From positions 96,001 to 160,000 of the IMG/VR virus record IMGVR_UViG_3300036768_001490: a stretch of 64,000 nt of DNA; one strand, given 5' to 3'. The translations under genes and the position numbers were made by a program. This DNA comes from a virus. Shown piece by piece: positions 59,254 to 64,000 of this stretch. Below the pieces are notes generated by a model. It worked only from the letters and a program-made list of their open reading frames with translations. It did not search any database and was not told the DNA's origin. Position 1 is the stretch's first letter. Each line of letters starts with the position of its first letter.

Positions 59254-60186
59254 CTAGACGACGGCCTCCTTCCGCGTCAGCTTCTTTTTCTTCTTCCTGT
59301 CCAGGCTGCCGTTCTTCTCCACCTGGCAGTTGCCTGGCGCTGCCTTGCCACTGGTAGCTACTACCCCCAGGCCATTATCGGCGTGGCGGGAAGAGTTCCC
59401 TTCCCGCGCGCGCAGCACGCCGCGCACGCGGCCCGCGCTCTCGTCGATAAGGGACACCATCCTCTTGGCCCTGTCCAGCATCTCCTGGACCTCCTCCCGG
59501 ACCTGCTGCAACTTCTCCAGCAGCCCTTCCGTGATCCGGTCCGGCTCCAGCTCCTTGATGGTGCCGAAAACGGCTTCCTCCGCCGCCGCCTCGTAGTTGT
59601 TGAATCTCTGCGCCAGGTCGAATGCCTTTTGCAGGCCGACTACCGGGTTGGTCGGCACCGTAGGCAGACGACCGCCATGCCGCGCGTTCTTGGTCTTGCC
59701 CGCCTCCCCGCTACGGACCTCCCGTTCCAGCTCCTTGGCACTCAGGGAATGCTTGATGACCCGCTCCAGCATCTTCTCCTGTGCCGCGCGGTCGCGCAGC
59801 TTCATGATCTCGAACCAGTGCGACACCTCCATGTGCCTGCCATTCGCCATCGGCCGCGACGTCCACTCGTCCACGAACTCGATGGTGAACTCCTGGGCGA
59901 AGTTACGTAGCTTGTAAAGCGTGGTCGCGCCACCCGGGATATTGTGGTACTCGGCCAGCTGCTTGACAGCGCCCGAGCCGTACTTGGCCTCGTCGGCCAG
60001 GATCTGGGGTATCTCGGACCCTATCATGTAGTGGACGCGCACCATGACGCCGGCGCCCTTGCTGAGCAGTCCACCCCAGCGCCGGGCCACCTCCTGGGTA
60101 GCCGGCGTCATCTCCCGGAACACCTTGAGGCGCTCCCGCCCCACCACAGTACCGCCCCCCGCTGCTGTTGCTGTTTTCTCGGACAT
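59254..60186 (-). CDS. DUF1016 N-terminal-like (YhcG-like) DNA-binding protein
   Basis: YMIGSEI...KYGSGAVKQLA; TLYKLRNFA; VSHW; SLSAKELEREV. Confidence 0.6.
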   Translation of the reverse strand: MSEKTATAAGGGTVVGRERLKVFREMTPATQEVARRWGGLLSKGAGVMVRVHYMIGSEIPQILADEAKYGSGAVKQLAEYHNIPGGATTLYKLRNFAQEFTIEFVDEWTSRPMANGRHMEVSHWFEIMKLRDRAAQEKMLERVIKHSLSAKELEREVRSGEAGKTKNARHGGRLPTVPTNPVVGLQKAFDLAQRFNNYEAAAEEAVFGTIKELEPDRITEGLLEKLQQVREEVQEMLDRAKRMVSLIDESAGRVRGVLRAREGNSSRHADNGLGVVATSGKAAPGNCQVEKNGSLDRKKKKKLTRKEAVV

Positions 60187-60277
60187 GGTTCATCCTCAGT
60201 GAGTAAAACAAAGTCATGGTCAGTGACCGTGCCCATACAGTCAATGTACAGAACGCCGTCACCAAAAACCATGCCTT

Positions 60278-60856
60278 TCAGTCTTCCGCGCGCCAGCCCG
60301 CCTGGTAGATGCCCTCCACGACGTTCTGGAAGAGACGGACATAGAGACGGCTGCCCGTGCCAGGGTCGCTGTGAACCAGGGACAGCCCCCGGTAGGGGAC
60401 CGCGGCCAGCTCATCGTCCGTGACCAGCAGGCCATGCCGCACCCCCCGGCGCGGAAACACCAGCCCGACTGCCCGCGCCCCCAGCTCGTCAACCTCCAGG
60501 GACGCACGGAACCGCTCGTATGCCTGCACGAACGGCGCGTCCCGGAACCGGCGGAACAGCGCCGGCAGCATGGCCCTCGGGTCCAGATGCAACCTGACGC
60601 AAGGCAGCTCATCCGCCCCCAGAAGGATGGGAAAGGATGGATACAGGTCGTTGAAGGCGCGCAGGGTCAGCCACGGCCGGCCGCTGCGACGCTCCTCCTC
60701 CTGCCGCAGCTGCCGCACCGCCGCGGGCGTCAGGCGCAGGGCCCTGACCAGGAAGCGGACCCTTCCCTCCTCGTACTGGGCGGCACGAAACTCCTCCTCT
60801 CGACCCGACCGAGCGCCCAGCAGGCGGCGAAACGGATGGTTGGTATCTTTCTTCAT
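60278..60856 (-). CDS. hypothetical protein coupled to recA
   Basis: ATGA overlap with the recA stop. Confidence 0.6.
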   Translation of the reverse strand: MKKDTNHPFRRLLGARSGREEEFRAAQYEEGRVRFLVRALRLTPAAVRQLRQEEERRSGRPWLTLRAFNDLYPSFPILLGADELPCVRLHLDPRAMLPALFRRFRDAPFVQAYERFRASLEVDELGARAVGLVFPRRGVRHGLLVTDDELAAVPYRGLSLVHSDPGTGSRLYVRLFQNVVEGIYQAGWRAED

Positions 60857-62520
60857 GGCATGTCCCTGGCCAGCTGGCCCAGCTGCTCCAGATAGTCACC
60901 CGCCAGGACTGGACGGCGGTTGATGCGCAGGGCACAGCGCAGACGGTCCAGCAGCTCCCGGTCCTCGCGGATCAGGGCGCCGACGTCAGACCAGGGCATG
61001 GCGTCCTCCCGCTTCATGCCCAGCGACCTGGACCAGGCCAGGTTCTCCACCTCGGCCGTCTTCGGACATTCGAGGTGGAAGTCGATGTCCTTGAGGGCCT
61101 GACGGAAACGGGGGTTGGCCCGCTCCCCGTGCATGAGCGTGTACAGCAGGTGGACCGTGGACCAGTCCCAGTCCCAGGCGGTGCGCTGCTCCCACTCGCC
61201 ATCTTCGTTCTTCTCGTCCCACCACAGCAGGCGGGTCTGGATGCGACGGTGGGTCGGACCAAAGCTGTTCTTCTCGCAGCTGATCTCCACGGGAAAGCCC
61301 TCGAAGTTGGCGCACGTGATGACCTTCTTGTGCCCGCCAACCTTCTTCAGCTCCAACTCGAACGACTCCTGGAAATTGACCTGCTCGCCCCCCGCCTTGG
61401 AGCGCTCCACGTTGCCCGCATCGTCCGTCTTGATGCGCAGATGGTTGACCAGCACCAGGCTGAACGGCCACTCGTCCAGCTCCCCCGGAATGGTCCGCAT
61501 GTAGCGGGTAATCTTGAGAGCCTCGATGGGGAAGCCGCGAGAGGCAGCACCGTCCCCCGTCGTGCCTCGCTGACCCGTCCGCCGGTCCAGCTTGCCCAGG
61601 ATCGCCTCCTGCGTCTCCTCGCTCGACTTGCCCATGATCGAGTCCACGCCGTACAGCACCGGGATGGTACGCCCGGGGCCGGGAGACTCCTTGCTCCCCT
61701 CCATCCCGGCCTTGGTGCTCTGGATACTGAAGCTGAGCTTCCGCTGCCAGTCCTCGACCGACTTGCAGCGGGCCAACGGCATCATGTCGAAAAACTCCTT
61801 ACCCAGGATCGACCTGTACCAGTTCGGATTGAACTTCGACTCGGCCTCGTTCAGGTACATGCCACCCCCGGCCAGGAAGAACCAGCGGCCGAACTCTGCC
61901 AGCAGGCCCGACTTGCCGACGCCGTGGCGGGCCACCAGCTGGAACACCAGACCCAGCGGGAAGCCGTCCTGCGCCAGCACGAACTCCATCGGCAGACAGC
62001 CAGGATACCTGGCAGCAGCCTCGCCGTGGCCAGCGTACATGGGGATGCAGATGATGAGAGCGTCCGCCTCGCTGCCAACATAGACGCTCTTGTGGCCAAA
62101 CTTCTTCCGTGCCAGCTCTGCCTGACCACGGAAGAAGGCGTCCAGGGCCTTGCCCCGGTTCCGCCCCTTCCAGTCCGCCAGGCGCGCCTCGTCCTTCCGG
62201 CTGAGCTTGCGCTGGTCCAGGGAAATGACCCGCCGCCGGACAACGTTTCCGCCTCCAGCGCCCTTCCCCGAGGATCTGCCAAGGTCGTCAGACCCAGGAG
62301 GAGCAGCCCACTTGCCCAGGTCCAGAAGGTCGTCGCCCAGCTGCTGGCCGGCAGGAGCAGAAGGCAGTGCCTTCCCTGACTCCTCCGCGCCAACATCCTG
62401 GCCGTTCAGCACCTTCCCATCCGCGTCCGATCCCTTTCGGACCTTCCCCTTACTGCTGGCCCGCCGGCGTCCGCCCAAGACAGATGGTCTTCCGGTGGGG
62501 TCACGCTTCTTACCTGCCAT
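60853..62520 (-). CDS. recA: RecA-like recombinase with a long N-terminal extension
   Basis: GFPLGLVFQLVARHGVGKS (Walker A variant); YLNEAE; GVDS; LVNHLR; AGGEQVNFQES; KNSFGP. Confidence 0.8.
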   Translation of the reverse strand: MAGKKRDPTGRPSVLGGRRRASSKGKVRKGSDADGKVLNGQDVGAEESGKALPSAPAGQQLGDDLLDLGKWAAPPGSDDLGRSSGKGAGGGNVVRRRVISLDQRKLSRKDEARLADWKGRNRGKALDAFFRGQAELARKKFGHKSVYVGSEADALIICIPMYAGHGEAAARYPGCLPMEFVLAQDGFPLGLVFQLVARHGVGKSGLLAEFGRWFFLAGGGMYLNEAESKFNPNWYRSILGKEFFDMMPLARCKSVEDWQRKLSFSIQSTKAGMEGSKESPGPGRTIPVLYGVDSIMGKSSEETQEAILGKLDRRTGQRGTTGDGAASRGFPIEALKITRYMRTIPGELDEWPFSLVLVNHLRIKTDDAGNVERSKAGGEQVNFQESFELELKKVGGHKKVITCANFEGFPVEISCEKNSFGPTHRRIQTRLLWWDEKNEDGEWEQRTAWDWDWSTVHLLYTLMHGERANPRFRQALKDIDFHLECPKTAEVENLAWSRSLGMKREDAMPWSDVGALIREDRELLDRLRCALRINRRPVLAGDYLEQLGQLARDMP

Positions 62521-62586
62521 TGCCCTCACCCCCGTGGGGCCAAGCGGAGCAACAGTGTCGCTCCGCTCGGCCCAGGTCAAAAGATC

Positions 62587-64000
62587 CTACTTCTCCCTTC
62601 GCTTCGAAACCCCTCCAGCCGGCGGCCGCGGCGGAGCCTTCTCCGGCATGCTCCTTTTCGCCGACCTGGACGCAGCTTCCTCCACGGAAGGAGCGCCCGT
62701 CTTACCGAACTTCGGAGCAGGGTGCTTCTTCTTGCCCGCACCCTTGCTGGTGGACAGATCCTCGTCAGCATCCATGAAGTCGAGCAGGCCCTTCTTCGAC
62801 CTGGAAGCGGCCGGTCTGCCCTCGTCCTCGTCCTCCTCGTCCTCGTCTTCTTCCTCCTCGTCTTCGTCCTCGTCTTCGTCTTCGTCCTTGTCTTCCTCCT
62901 CGTCCTCGTCTTCTTCCTCCTCGTCTTCGTCCTTGTCTTCCTCCTCGTCGTCTTCCTCCTCGTCCTTGTCTTCTTCTTCTTCTTCTTCTTCGTCCTCGTC
63001 CTCTTCCCTGTTTTCGGCCCCGTCCTCGTCCTCGTCTTCTTCCTCCTCTTCCTCGTCGTCATCTCTCAGCGAGGTGGCGCTGCCACGGCGGACGTTGGCC
63101 AGGGAGCCGCTGGCACGGCCGAACTCGTCCACCTCGTCCTCGTCCTCATCCTCATCATCCTTCACGACCGAACGGGAGCTGCTGCCGCGCAGGACCGGGT
63201 CTTTGCGGACAGGCAGGCGGCGCGAAGCGTCCCGCTCTTCCTCGTCGTCATCACCATCCTCGTCGTCGTCATCCTCACGATTCCCGGCGTAGCCCTTCTC
63301 CGGGACCACCATGACAACCCTCTGCTGGAAGATGCCACGGACCTCGTCCGTGAGCAACTCGTCGTGGTCGCCAAGCGCCCAGATGATGAGCTTGGGAACG
63401 GACCGGAACGCCTGGGCGATCCACAGCATCTGCTGCTCCGGCGGACCAATATGGAGCAGCCCCGGCACGCGGTTGCCGTTGATGTCCTCGCCCGGGAACC
63501 AGAACTGAAGGTGGTCGAACAGGAAGTCCACGTCCTCGCTGTCCAGATCTGGCTGGTAGACACGGCCGTCCAGCCGGAACTCCCGGTGGATCGCCGCCTC
63601 GTATCCCTGTGTCTCCGCGATCTCGCCGCTCCAGGACGAATGGTGGCCAACGATCCGGGTCTTGTAAGGGTTGAAGATCTGGACGAAGCTCCCTCCCTTG
63701 ACAACACGCTTCTTGGGCAAGAACGTGCCGACCGGGTCGCCGAAGACGAAGCCGCAGTTGACGTCCTCGGACTCGTCACCCTCGAACTCGTCCTTGCGCA
63801 GGTTGAACATGTCCATCATGGCGTCACCAGCAGACTTCTTCAGCTGGATGACGCACAGGTCGTCCTTGCCCAGGCCGAACGGCTTGTCCCGCCGCTCCAT
63901 GTAGTTCTTGTCCCCGTTGACAAGAACGCATCCCTGTACGAAGCGGACAGCGGACGGCGGCGAGATGGAGGGGCCTTTCCCCTTGCCGCCCCGCATGAGC
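62587..64000 (-). CDS. acidic-tailed protein, likely single-stranded DNA-binding/recombination accessory protein (5' truncated)
   Basis: Globular N-part plus a long Asp/Glu tract and basic tail; directly upstream of recA. Confidence 0.5.
   Translation of the reverse strand, partial: LMRGGKGKGPSISPPSAVRFVQGCVLVNGDKNYMERRDKPFGLGKDDLCVIQLKKSAGDAMMDMFNLRKDEFEGDESEDVNCGFVFGDPVGTFLPKKRVVKGGSFVQIFNPYKTRIVGHHSSWSGEIAETQGYEAAIHREFRLDGRVYQPDLDSEDVDFLFDHLQFWFPGEDINGNRVPGLLHIGPPEQQMLWIAQAFRSVPKLIIWALGDHDELLTDEVRGIFQQRVVMVVPEKGYAGNREDDDDEDGDDDEEERDASRRLPVRKDPVLRGSSSRSVVKDDEDEDEDEVDEFGRASGSLANVRRGSATSLRDDDEEEEEEDEDEDGAENREEDEDEEEEEEEDKDEEEDDEEEDKDEDEEEEDEDEEEDKDEDEDEDEDEEEEDEDEEDEDEGRPAASRSKKGLLDFMDADEDLSTSKGAGKKKHPAPKFGKTGAPSVEEAASRSAKRSMPEKAPPRPPAGGVSKRREK
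62820..63270 (-). repeat. Asp/Glu low-complexity coding repeat (GAG/GAC)
   Basis: EDEDEEEEEEEDKDEEEDDEEEDKDEDEEE... Confidence 0.85.

Overview
GC-rich segment in which every credible gene lies on the minus strand. Gene content points to a large (jumbo-type) tailed phage genome: portal protein with an intein, tubulin/PhuZ-like GTPase, ThyX with an intein, RecA-like recombinase, RuvC-like resolvase, DEDD exonuclease and two giant putative virion polyproteins. It also carries about 15 glycosylation/modification genes, a metacaspase, CAP and papain-like secreted proteins, and a Ro60/TROVE gene preceded by a ~380-nt structured non-coding leader with Y-RNA-like features. The most unusual structures are: (1) two separate arrays of single-gene cassettes, each gene bracketed by long conserved regulatory repeats (5.65-8.96 kb and 40.6-46.2 kb); (2) the Ro60 plus candidate Y RNA locus; (3) recurrent K-x-A motifs that punctuate the polyproteins like maturation-cleavage sites; (4) several replication-enzyme homologs that have lost their catalytic residues, most clearly a DNA ligase. 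All family assignments come from motif recognition by eye; no database searches or folding programs were run.
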